Origin: Dimorphilus gyrociliatus
Lineage: Eukaryota > Animalia > Annelida
DNA length: 64,000 bases
Direction: 5' to 3'
NCBI GenBank assembly: GCA_904063045.1
Contig: CAJFCJ010000007.1
Span: forward strand, 2,673,404-2,737,403
Position 1 is the stretch's first letter. Each line of letters opens with the position of its first letter. This document shows positions 1-12,182 of this stretch, one piece after another. The position numbers and the translations under genes are program-made. The notes beneath the pieces were generated by a model, which was not told the origin of the DNA, did not search any database, and saw only the letters and a program-made list of their open reading frames with translations.

Positions 1-651
1 TCCTATCTCTTCTCTAAAATATTGTGATAAGCCTCGTCCCTTGTTATCAACTCTCCTAACAATCAAATGCAAGAGTGCCCCATAAGTGAAAGCATGGTAG
101 GCATGATCTTTACCAATTCTACAAGATGGTTCTTGATCCTCAAAGATTTTTTCAACAGCTTTAGGATTAACAATGAGATCTTCAGGATCGTAATTCTGGT
201 CTACTAAAAATAGACAGGACCTATGAGTCAAAATATCACCAATTGTGATATCCTTTTTGCCATTCTTGGCAAATTCCGGCCAATACTTTGATACTGTATC
301 ATCTAAAGACAATTGTTTTCTCTCGACCATATGCAAAATAATTGTAGCACCATACATCTTGGTACTAGAGAACAAAAGAGATAAAGTGTCAAAGTCCCAT
401 TCAAGCAAAGAATCCTTATCAGCATAACCCCCAACAATATTAACCACTTCTTTTCCTTTATGGCGAACAGAGAAAGACGAACCCTTAATTTCACCTGCTA
501 AAACTAACTCCTTAAATTTTTCCCCAACTTGTTCCCAACCTTTTTCAATTCTCATCTTAACGCTTGTTACTGGCGCTGGTTTTTCTTTCGTATAGTAGTT
601 ATAAACGCCTATCGCAATTATTGCAAGCAAAACTGGCTTCACAAAACCCAT
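1..651 (-). CDS. Beta-lactamase/esterase family VIII-like serine hydrolase with N-terminal signal/anchor; partial, 3' end outside the window
   Basis: Not in the ORF track because it has no stop in the window. ATG at 651 opens 217 stop-free codons: MGFVKPVLLAIIAIGVYNYY...LFSSTKMYG...LDDTVSKYWPEFAKNGKKDITIGDILTHRS...AYHAFTYG. It has the SxxK motif (SSTK), the typical YWPEF..NGK..IT...LTH block and the Tyr motif. No intron in the visible part. Confidence 0.9.
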   Translation of the reverse strand, partial: MGFVKPVLLAIIAIGVYNYYTKEKPAPVTSVKMRIEKGWEQVGEKFKELVLAGEIKGSSFSVRHKGKEVVNIVGGYADKDSLLEWDFDTLSLLFSSTKMYGATIILHMVERKQLSLDDTVSKYWPEFAKNGKKDITIGDILTHRSCLFLVDQNYDPEDLIVNPKAVEKIFEDQEPSCRIGKDHAYHAFTYGALLHLIVRRVDNKGRGLSQYFREEIG

Positions 652-1374
652 AGCTTTAACTTCTCGAGGATTGCTTTAAACTGAATAGTAGTTTTTCAGT
701 TGTATTAGACAATCTGCTTTTGAACTTTAAACTTATTTATTTATACTCAATCGTTGTCGCCACCTATTGAGAGATAAAACTGTACTAGTTGATACTCACC
801 GAACCTTCTATGAAACTGTGGCGAAAATAGTCATTCAATCGAGTACTCATTAATATCGACCTACTATTATACTAATACATATTATTATATATATATACTG
901 TATCTATATATACTTCATGTATGATTCCTACAACATTTTTACAACCGTTTTAGTGATGAGCAGAAAAGCTTGACTTATCTAATTTAGCGAAGTAGTCTTT
1001 AATCTAAATTTAAATAATTTCTGCATAAACTACGCCGATAAAAAGCTTGCCGATTAAGTGTAATATCGAAAGAATTGTGTCACTTTTACTCTATTTAGTA
1101 TGGTCTAATAATAGTAAGATAACCAGTGCAAAAGGTTAAAATATATGGACGATACATATGGTGCTGTTAGAACAAGTTGTGAACCTGATTTATTACTTTA
1201 ATTAAAATTATATACAATCTCATAGAGGACATTGCCCTGATAGAATATAGATTAAAAAAGGGAATAGTTGACAAGAAGAGAAACAGTATCAAATTATTCT
1301 TTGAGATTGTTCTTTGATATGTTAAAATATCCCTCTATTGATTTAATATATTTATTATCTTAGTTAAGTTAGTT

Positions 1375-2089
1375 TTAAATATAATAAGCTATATATAAAA
1401 TATAGAAAAACCTATTAAATAAATAAAGTACAGATGATGTATTACACAAATTACCATTACATAAACAAGTAGTTATATTACTTTCTTTACGCGTAGTTCT
1501 CTTTGTAAAACTATGACATCCAAGTGAATTTGGCCTTGGCGAGGATTCACACCATCTTTTCATCCAAGTGTAAGTTACTCCTGAATTGTATGCCTCCTAA
1601 AATTGATACGCAAAACAAAGCTATAATTATTATTGAAGAGGAACAAAAACTATATGTTACTTTAATAATTCTTTTGGCGCAATAGCCCCTACATTTATAA
1701 TCAACTCGAGTTAAGCCGCTGGATTTAGGTTTTCTGCAATTGTTAACGTCCTTTGTTGTTTCACCAATGATTTCGCATTCGAAACATTTTAGTATCTCTC
1801 CAAACCAGCAATCAGCAAATATCCCTTCGTCGCTAAATTGCCCACAATCATTTTTACCATCACAACGTAAATTACAGTCAATCTTTTTACCGTCAGAACA
1901 AATATACATATTTTCTTCATTACAATACCCCCATGATTGCGGTCTTTTTAAATCTTGACGTTGAACATCATCAATTTCTATATATCTCCTTTGAACATCT
2001 TCATCCAAATTACAACTTTCGTGATCAGAATCACTCAGTATTAAATTAATAGCATTAGCCAGCATTAATAAGTTAAACATTATTCTCAT
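1375..2089 (-). CDS. Secreted, probably GPI-anchored protein: LDL-receptor class A module plus Ly6/uPAR (three-finger, quiver-like) domain, 216 aa
   Basis: Two exons, 2089-1661 and 1596-1375, joined in phase 0 across a 64-nt GT-AG intron. Signal peptide; LDLa-like CNEENMYICSDGKKIDCNLRCDGKNDCGQFSDE; then KCFEC...C...CRGYCAK...WC...GC...TCLCNGNLCN and a hydrophobic C-terminal tail. Confidence 0.75.
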
Positions 2090-2529
2090 TTAAAAGCTCT
2101 TAATATAGATGTTTTTATATAAAACTACATGATCATATATACTGTATATATATATATATGTTTATGCTTTATACGACTAGTTGAGTGAGATATTTCAAAT
2201 TTAATTTTTATTTAGGCCTAAATTTGTAAAAAAATATTTTTCTATTACAGCTTATTTGATATTCAGCATAAATTCTGTTAGGTTATTTAGTAGGGAAGCC
2301 GAGTAGCATACGAATCAATTTGAAGAAAGTATAGTCTATATATTGTTCCCTTAAGATTTCCATTTGACAGTAAGGGAAATCAATTGATGAATCTAAATGA
2401 CAGAACCGTTTCTTAGCTAACCAACTTTTATTCTTTACTATTTAATAAAGACAATAAAAGTATAAACATCTTTATTTTTTTGTGTTCTTTTTGTTCAGAA
2501 TGTAAAATCGATTGATAATTATTATATCA

Positions 2530-3743
2530 TTATAATTTACTTGTCTTATTATCAATCTGTCCTCTGATAAGGGCTTCTTGAGCAACGGAGACGGCTAGAG
2601 TACCGTCTCTTTTCCAAACTCTTCCGTGTATTAAACCTCTATTTGCGACTAAATAGTGAAAAAATTAGTATTTAATTTTATTGAAACTTAATAGCTACCT
2701 AATCGAGGACTCTCACATTCGTAGAGCATCCATTCGTCTGCTCTAAATGGAGAATGAAACCACATTGAGTGGTCTAAAGATGCAGCGAATGTCATTTTAA
2801 AATTTGGGTATGGCACTAAAGCTGTCCTCAGCAATGCAATATCCGATATATATGCACAAGCACACCTATGTAAGTTCCTATCATTTTCATCTGTTTAGTT
2901 TATAAGGAAAAAAAAAAGATAGCAAATAGCGATACGGACTTTATTTACTCTCTTATACCTATATTTCCCCTAACTCTCATCCAAAGAAGAGCTCGGGGTG
3001 CAGTACCTGGAACCATTTTATAGTATATGAATGGATCTACAGGCTTTATTTCAATTGGCATTTCTTGAGCTAATACTTTGGTTACGTAGTCTCTTCTACT
3101 GTCTGATAAATCGGATCGACTGTTTTTTAACAGAGATTAGACCAACTGAAGTTAAAATAAATAGAGCAAAAAAATTATCGCAAACCTCAGAAGTGTACGC
3201 AGTAAATGTTCAATATTCATAAGACTCTCTGGAGGGGGAGCTTCTGGCATAATAAACTGATTCTCAATGGGCATATACTCAGTTTTTTGATAAGAAACCA
3301 TCATCGTTAGAATAGCATTTCCCTTTTGCATTGCTCTTACTGACCTTGTACAAAAACTTTTACCATCTCTAACTCTTTCAACATGATAAATAATCGGTAT
3401 ATTAGGATTTCCGGGAGATACAAAGTAACAATGAACGCTATGTACATGAAAATTTTGCCTTTTCGTGTTTCCTGCTGCCACGAGGGCTTGACCAACAACT
3501 TGACCACCATATACCGCTCTGGCTGCCACAGGCCTCCATAAATTATCTGCACTTCTGTTAATGAAGAACAAATGTTCGAAGATGAATGACAAAATTCTAT
3601 ATTCTCAGAATTGAGAAATGTAAACACTATTTTGGAAACGAAAGAAAAGTATCTGTTGAAATTGGGGAGAAAAAAGCTTGCCTATATAAATCAGTGTCAA
3701 TTTCTTCCAATTGGAGAGGGTTGGATTTTAAGTTTTTTTCCAT
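2530..3743 (-). CDS. ACOT8: Peroxisomal acyl-CoA thioesterase 8 (TesB family)
   Basis: Spliced protein MEKNLKSNPLQLEEIDTDLYR/SADNLWRP..VYGGQVVGQALVAA..VHSVHCYF...ASLDHSMWFHSPFRADEWMLYECESP...GLIHGRVWKRDGTLAVSVAQEALIR...TSKL*. C-terminal SKL is a PTS1 signal; stop at 2532-2530. The first exon (3743-3682) uses a GC donor. Confidence 0.93.
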
Positions 3744-4658
3744 AAGTGAATTATCGTTGAAAAAAACGACAGAAAGTTTTTACATAAGTCAAACCGGCCT
3801 TTGTTTTTATATGAAAATAGTTTTTGACCTTATGGGACTATTGTTGGGTACTAGTTCCTCAACTAAGTATTATTGTTGAAAAAATCAATAGGAGCCTGGA
3901 TCATTTAATTGGCGACATCTGTAGGTTATTTTGCAGTCGGCGCATGCGTACAACTATTGGCGTGCGGGCTGTAGTCCGTGTTTGTCTTTATTATAGAAGA
4001 GATTTTCATGGAATTAAGCCACCTTTTTATGTTTCAATCGAATCATAATTGCTTTGAACACGCTTTGAATTTCTCTGCAATTTTCAACATTTGTATCTGG
4101 TAAGTACAACCTGCATAAGCTCAATTTTATTCATTTGAATGCATGTATTCGTATTACTTCTGCTTTTTCTTTTATTGACTTAACTTTCCAAAATCCGACG
4201 AGTGACAGCCCCAATGGCGGAGTCTGTAAAATTTAGTAGACTTTGATTAATAAGTTACACTAGGTCCCATTAGCAATATCTAAAAATTAGATAGAATTTA
4301 TTATATGTGAAAACGTGACGATCATATCGCATTATATCGAATGTCGCATTATTGTCTGTTCATATTTTTATAACCAGGAACATTGTGCAACGTACTAGGT
4401 AAACGCCCATTTCATTGATGTATTAAGGGAAGGAGGCCATAAAGTGGCGCTGCTTTGTCGGACTATTGAAGTTGTATAATAATATTAATAGAATAGAGAG
4501 TGTCCTTGGCTTTTTAGCCTTTATCAGCTTTATGAATTGTAATGGCGTTGTTTTCGTAAAATTCGTAATTGTATCGCCTCGTGTATTTTACAGTGACAAA
4601 TCCGCGTCGAAGCTTATCACAGTCGGCTAGCGGCGCCGGACCGTAAAACTACAAAACT

Positions 4659-7600
4659 ATGGATGACGGTGTATCGGATATGTGCCTATTGGAACCGGTT
4701 TCGGTTGATTCTATTATAAAGAATATTCGAGTTCGTTTTGGCAAGGATCTTATATATGTAAGCTATCCGTTTTAAAGCAAATATAGATTTTTTTAAAGAC
4801 AACTATTTATTCTGTCACAGACTTATATTGGAAATGTAGTTATATCTATCAATCCGTACAAATTTTTACCCATTTATACTAGAGATGTCATTTTTCAATA
4901 TCGAAGTAGGAATATTTACGAAATACCACCTCATATGTAAGTAGAAAAATACATTTGGAAAGCTTTATCTTGAAGGGAGTTGACAGGATACTTATGCTAA
5001 ATTTCAGCTACGCTATATCAGATGAAGCGTATCGTTCGATGAGAGATAGAAACCTGGATCAGTGCGTTATCATATCCGGGGAATCGGGAGCTGGAAAGAC
5101 GGGTAATTGAATTTGCTTTTGGACTTATCGAATTTTCCACGCTTTAATTACCGACTATCATTGATACGTCGACACCTCTGTTGCAGAAGCGAGTAAGTTA
5201 ATAATGCAGTATATCGCCGCTGTTTCGGGAAAGGGACGGGAAGTGGATGAAGTCAAGGAGCAGTTATTGCAGTCCAATCCAGTTTTGGAAGGTAAATTTC
5301 GTTACCGACTTTCTTTTTCTATTGATTTTCATTCGACTCTTTCTAAAGCTTTTGGCAATGCTAAGACTCACCGAAACGACAATAGTTCAAGATTTGGGAA
5401 ATATATGGATATAGAATTCGATTTTAAAGGAGATCCAGTTGGTGGAGTTATTACAAATTGTTCGTATTTCTAAATTGATTATTCAAAATCTGTTACCTTA
5501 ACATTCATCAGATTTGTTGGAGAAGTCAAGGGTTGCCAGACAATCTGACGGAGAGCGCAATTTTCACATTTTTTACCAAATACTTAGCGGTGCTGGAACG
5601 TCGTTCTTAAGTAAACATTATTATTTTACAAAGACAAGAGGGCTTTTCTCGTTAACCAAATGTTTTATTTTGTTATATAAATATAGAATCTTTAAAATTG
5701 CAAAGAAATCCTGCACATTATCATTATCTTAGTTCCAATTCAATGACCGAATGTTTGTTAACTGACAAGGAGAATTTTGAGATTACAAGAAAGGCCATGA
5801 CTACAGTCGGGTTTAATGTTAATGATATTATGTCCGTCTTTCAGGTAGGTTGAATACATATTTTGCTGACTATTTGATTCAAATACATTTCCAACAGCTA
5901 GTAGCTGTCGTCCTGAAATTAGGTAATTTGAAACTGCAGCACCACACAAAAATAGACGGCAATGAAGGATGTATTATACAAAAAGAAGAGGGTTAGATAT
6001 CAAATTTTTCAATTTATATTCTGCTTAACCTCAAATTCTAATTAGTTATATACTAATTTTAGAACTGCAAGAATGCGCTGAGTTGCTCAAATGTTCGTGT
6101 GATAGATTAAAAGCTGCATTAACTCAAAGAACGGTTGAAACAAGTAGCGAAAAAATTCGAACTGATTTATCCTGTACCGAAGTAAGATAGGAATTTTAAA
6201 AGTAACTTGTTTCTATTTAAAAAATAAGCACCTTCTTCCCTTTTAGGCAATTTATGCAAGAGACGCTCTATGCAAAGCAATCTATTCTCGTTTGTTTACA
6301 TGGATTGTTGAGAAAATTAACGATGGCATTCGAGTTTGTTTTATCTTTAACATTGATAAATTAGAAAAATTGATAAAAGAAATAATTTGTAGACTAAACG
6401 AAGGGGAAAAAAGAAATCGATGGGAGTTTTAGATATTTATGGATTTGAAGTATTTAATGTACGCCATTGTTCTACTTTTTTTTTCTAAGCGTTATAAAAT
6501 TTACGACATCCAATAATAATGATATTAATAAATTTTGATAGAATAATGGTTTCGAGCAATTTATTATCAACTACTGTAATGAAAAGCTACAACAGCTATT
6601 TATTGAATTAACTTTAAAAGAGGAACAGGAAGAATATATTAAAGAGGTACAATTATTATTTTTTTATTGACTTTACTAGTTTTTTGTGTTTGATTATCCT
6701 TTTCATATCTAAATCAAGTTTTTTATTGTTACTTAGGGTATCGAATGGATTCAAGTGCAATATTTCAATAATGCAGTTATTTGTTCTTTAATTGAAAATG
6801 TAAGTTCATAATATTAATTAGATTCTATATTCTATTGATTTCTTTATTGAGGATATACGCTGTACATATGTATCTACTTATTTATTAAGACTTTCTATAT
6901 ATATAAACTTACATATACTGTATGTATATAATAATAGAAAATTATAAAATATGAACAATCTTAAGTAATTACCATTGTTGTTATTGCAATTACAAGCAGC
7001 AAAGTGAAGTAAGTTAAATTTTTAAAGGGTTACTTTTTCTTTTTTTTTTTTACCCTTTAATTTTATTGTATCCTTCCATATTTTTTTGATATATTTACTT
7101 TATTTAAATTAATTCATTAATTAGTTAACTTATTTATTAATTAGTAAGAAATTTTCTTTTATTTTTTTTAATGCATGATATCATAATTTTTGTATTTTTT
7201 TTTATTTTCTATGTTGTACTTCTTTTCTTTCAGATACGTTTTTGAGTATATTTCAGATATGATTGTGTAAGTTACGCAATAGTTTGTTAGCTTAGGAGTA
7301 TAAACAATTAATGGACACAATACATATTGTATATAACTATATATCTATATATGTATAGATATATTTGAGCAATATATACAATATATATATATGTATATAT
7401 ATTTATATATCAGTATTTCTTATATGCACATAAAACTGAATTAGATAATAATTAACTACTTGATCGTGAATAGAAGAGGAAAAAAAGCATGAAAATTAGC
7501 ATTTGAAATTTTAATATCTATTACTTTGCATGTTAGTGAGTTGTTTTAGTTTGGTTTTATTTTTCATTGAAGATTTTCGATATAATGATGTTGTTTGCTT

Positions 7601-10600
7601 TTATCTCTCCTTGAAATATCGTTTAAAAAAAATAATGAAAGAAAAACAAAAACATGAAATCTTTTCGTTTTTTTGCCCAACTAACTAAGTCTTATTCTTT
7701 TGTATAAGCTATTCTTACTATATTATCTCTTTTATTCAACAAAAAATATTATTGTATACAGCATTCTCAAGGAATTCTATCTTTATTGGATGAAGAGTGC
7801 CTAAGGCCAGGGACAGTGAGTGATTCGACTTTCTTGGCAAAGCTAAATACAAATTTTGCCAATCATGATCATTACGAGGCAAGAAATTGTAAAAAGAATC
7901 AAAACGATAGGTCGGTTTTAAATAATTTATATTTGCATAATATTATTTAATTGTGAGGTATTTTATATAATTACTTTCCTAATAGGAGTCTACCTTTTGA
8001 TGCTTTCCGGCTTAGACATTATGCGGGCAATGTCACTTACTATGTTGACGGATTTTTAGAAAAGAATAACGACCTTCTATTTAGAGACTTATCAAAAACG
8101 ATGTGGCTTTGTAAACATCCTCTTACGCCTATATTATTCCCTGAAGGTGAATATTATCAGCCCTATTAAAAGTAAAAGATAAATTTTACGCTCCTTTTTT
8201 ACCTTAAGGTGATCCGTACAAGACATCAATGCGAAGACCACCGACGACAAGTTCACAATTCAAAGCCTCTATTAATGCCTTAGTTAAGGATCTACAAACA
8301 AAGGTGCCGAATTATATCAGATGCATTAAGCCTAACGACGAAAAAAAAAGCGACGTTTTCGACGAGTCTCTCGTTAGACATCAAGTGAATTATTTAGGGT
8401 ATTTCAACCGCTTCCGTTTCGTTTTCTTAACCATTTATTTTCTGATTTCTTTATTATAGACTACTGGAAAATGTACAAGTTAAACGAGCTGGTTATGCCT
8501 TTCGACAGTCTTACACTCAGTTCCTATTACGTTTCAAAATGCTTTGCCCTGAACTTTGGCCAACTTACAACGGCAAAATGGAAATTGGAGTACGAAAGCT
8601 GTTCAGCTATTTGCAAGTAAGTTTAATTTATATGAATTATTCATGATTTTATATTATACTAATTCTTAACTTCCTTCAATATGTAAATATTAGAAAGTAT
8701 ATATTAGTTCATACGTTATATATATATACAATATGTATTAATATATCTGTATTAGTATATCTATATTAATATATTTATACATATTAAAAACTCAATATAT
8801 ATTTTATATACTGTATATATGTGAAGTACGTTAATAATTTTTGTTCTTTGTTTTTTTTTCTAGTTTCCGGAAGAAGAAGTTGCCTATGGCAAAACTAAAG
8901 TATTTATTAGAAATCCGTCTACGGTAGGTTATATTCGGTTGACTATATTTCTCTTTTTGTCTCTTTTTTTTGTGAGATCTATATTGATATTTTTATACAT
9001 TTTTACACTTTATACAGTTGTTTTCGTTGGAAGACTTACGAGCGAAAAAATTACACGATCTGGCCACTCTAGTTCAGAAGGTCTATAAGGGATGGAGTTT
9101 AAGAAAATTATTTTTGAAGAAGAAACAATCACAAATTCTAATAGCCAGCAGATGGAAATGCTTCTTTGTAAGTTATTAGCTTAGATAGAGAAATATGCCC
9201 TCTACCTAGTTTTTTTATTATTTTTTATACTTAGTATATAATAGTTTAATATGGTGTTAGTAGTTTTGGATCACAATAGGAAATATTTTAGATATAATAG
9301 TTAGGTTAAACCTTTATGTGCATGCCCCTTTATTCCTGCATGTTATGTTTAGGCTTGGAAACGGTATCAAAAAGTGAAACAGGCTACCTTGGTATTGTGC
9401 TCTTATTATAGAGGATGGAAGGTGAGGAATCACTTGTTTAAAATTAATCCGATTAGTACACCTTATTGTTTATTAATGCTTTTTACCTAATAATATTAAT
9501 TAATATACTTTCTTAGCATTTATAATAGACTACATTAATTTATATTTCTCTTTTGTTTCCGAACAAAAAAAAAATACAATTCGAAATAGGCTCGTATGCT
9601 TTTGAAACAATATAAATACGAACAAAGATGTAAATGGGCAGCTGAAATAATTCATAAATACTTTTTGGGCTGGCAAGTTAGGAAGCAATATGGTAGAAAA
9701 TTTAGGAGAATAGCTGGACCAAAAATTGCCAAGTTTATTAAAGCTACTTTGGTACAGATTATTTATTATTAAACTTTTAAATATTTATTAATTATTATCT
9801 TTGCATACAACAAAATAGCGATATAGGTTTTTAACGCACGTCATACAAAATTTACCAACAAGTTCGCCTGCGGATCATAGATGGCCAACCTCTCCAAAAT
9901 TATTTACTAAAACTTCAGAACAGCTGCGTTTATTACATCACAAATGGAGGGTTAGTTGAGAGAATGTTTAATTTAAGATTGTTATTTACAAGCAATTCTC
10001 TTTTCACTTTAGTGTTTAAAGTATAGAGGAATGTGTGATCAAAAGTCGCGGAGCCGGATGAGGGAGAAAGTTATGGCATCTGAAACTTTTAAAGATCGAA
10101 AGATTTCATATCCTAATAGTGTGCCACATCCTTTTAAGGGAGATTACGTTCGATTAAAGCAAAATCACAAATGGAAAAAAATGGCTACGAGAAATGACGA
10201 TTTACACCTAGTGTTTGCTGATATAGTTTCTAAAGTGAATAGGAAGAATTGCAAGGTAAATAAATATTATTTATTTAAAGATAAGAGAAAATATTAATAT
10301 CAATTGTATCACTCATTTAGACGGTGTTTCAATTACTTGTGATATCAACAAGTGCAGTCGTCATATTGGACCAAAGAACTCTGGTTGTAAAGTTTCGTTT
10401 ACCTCTTAAGAGCATTCATTCGATTTCCTTATCGCCCTTTGCGGACCGAATTATGATTCTGCATGTGATGAAGGTAATACTTATACAAAGTTGGAAATTA
10501 TATTTTCTCAACGTTTACAAATGCATTTAAAAATCTTAGATAAGAATTTAAAAAAAAGAACGTCATAGTACAATTATGGTCTATTTTCCAATCAATTGTT

Positions 10601-11116
10601 CTATAATTATATATTAGTCTTTTTATATTATTAAAAATTTAAATATATATAATAAGTAGATTGCTCTGCCTCTAACGAACCTCTTTAAAGGACTCTAATC
10701 ATTTGCTATAACAGCGAATTAGACGCTTTTTCTTATAATGCAGTTTGATTTTTTTAATTATTAAATCTTTTCAGTCTCAAGAAAATGGCGATTCTAAGCA
10801 TAAGAAAGGTGATATAATGCTAGTTTCGGATCACGTGATTGAAATCGTTGCAAAAATATGTCTTCTCGTTCAGGATACGACGGGAAGGAAGCCGGAGGTT
10901 ATCATTAGTAACCAGTAAGTCGATTTAATTCTTATCCGTTTTCTTTATAGAAAAAACAAAAATCAGTTTATTCTCCCTTCCTTCAACAGATTGCAGGCGG
11001 ACTTTTGCGGAGCATGCGTTGATTTGTCTTTCAAAACGAACGATCCTGAAATGATGTCAGGATATATTAAACTATCTAGGAATAATAACAAGATTGAAGT
11101 GACCGACGGAAAATAA
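4659..11116 (+). CDS. MYO1: Unconventional myosin-I (MYO1A/B-like): motor, IQ motifs, TH1 tail; about 26 exons
   Basis: Starts [14 protein letters not shown]-loop [46 protein letters not shown]-like exons at 9018-9421 and ~9590-9750, TH1 segment [22 protein letters not shown]. Consistent GT-AG introns traced by hand; stop TAA at 11114-11116. Confidence 0.95.
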
Positions 11117-12182
11117 ATGATTATGTAATGATTGAAAAAAAAACCAAAAAAAGACAATAATCCAAAGAGAAATTAGATTTTTTCCTAATATTAACTAAAA
11201 ATTAAACAAACAAACAAATCAAATGAAACAATTGGATACTTGACTTTAGCATCGTGATACAATAAAGAAAAACAAGGAGTGTTCTAAAAAACTAATCGTC
11301 TTTTTCCTGCATTTGTCTTTGTTACGTGAGTTGTGTTAAGTTTTTTATTTGTAGAAACATTAGAGCAGCGTTTTAAATGGTGCTTTTTTTGTCAGTGAAT
11401 TCTCTTCTTTTTTTCTCTTTATCTCTCCTTCTCTTTTATTCTATTTAAATTGTGAAATATTGTTTTTAATATTAATGATAGTTGCAAAATTTGTTTTGCA
11501 AATATAATTGATTTTTACAAGATTAAAAACACAAACAAACAAACGAAATGATTCTTAAATTGATTAATATTATCTTATCAAATCTGTCCCTTTGAGACGA
11601 TTAAAAGGCAACTGTCTTGTAACCTTCATTAGTATGACTTAAGTCAGAGTCTTACACAATGTAAGACATCGTTGCTCTTTTAATCTTTGAAGGTGTACCT
11701 TGACCTTAACGATTTAATCCTCTTTAATCCTTTGATCATTTGTCGGTAATTTTTGTAACAATAAAATATTAGGACACTTCTTTTAAAAGAGGAATTTTTT
11801 TTGAGAAAAGGCGTTTCAAAGAGAATTTAGGCTTTTGGCGGGGGAAGATAACAGACTGACTCAGAAGAGGGAGGTGGAGATCTAAAAACATTGCGACTAT
11901 GTACTCTCATATTCCTAACAATAAACAATTTTGTCAAAGACTGAAAATAAGGATTGATTTACCCTGCTTAAGGAAAAAAATGGAGTATTTATAAAGGTTA
12001 AAAGGGAAATTTATCTTAATAAATAACTTTAAAATTGCCTTCTTGCGCTCGGCGTTTTTTCAAAATGCTTATTAGCCTTATGGCTCTGTTTTCGTTGAAA
12101 GAGCATAAGAGGAATATATAATTTAGAGGTGGCGCTACAATGACTCTTCTGGGCAGAAAAGTAAGTCTTACTAAAATCAACG

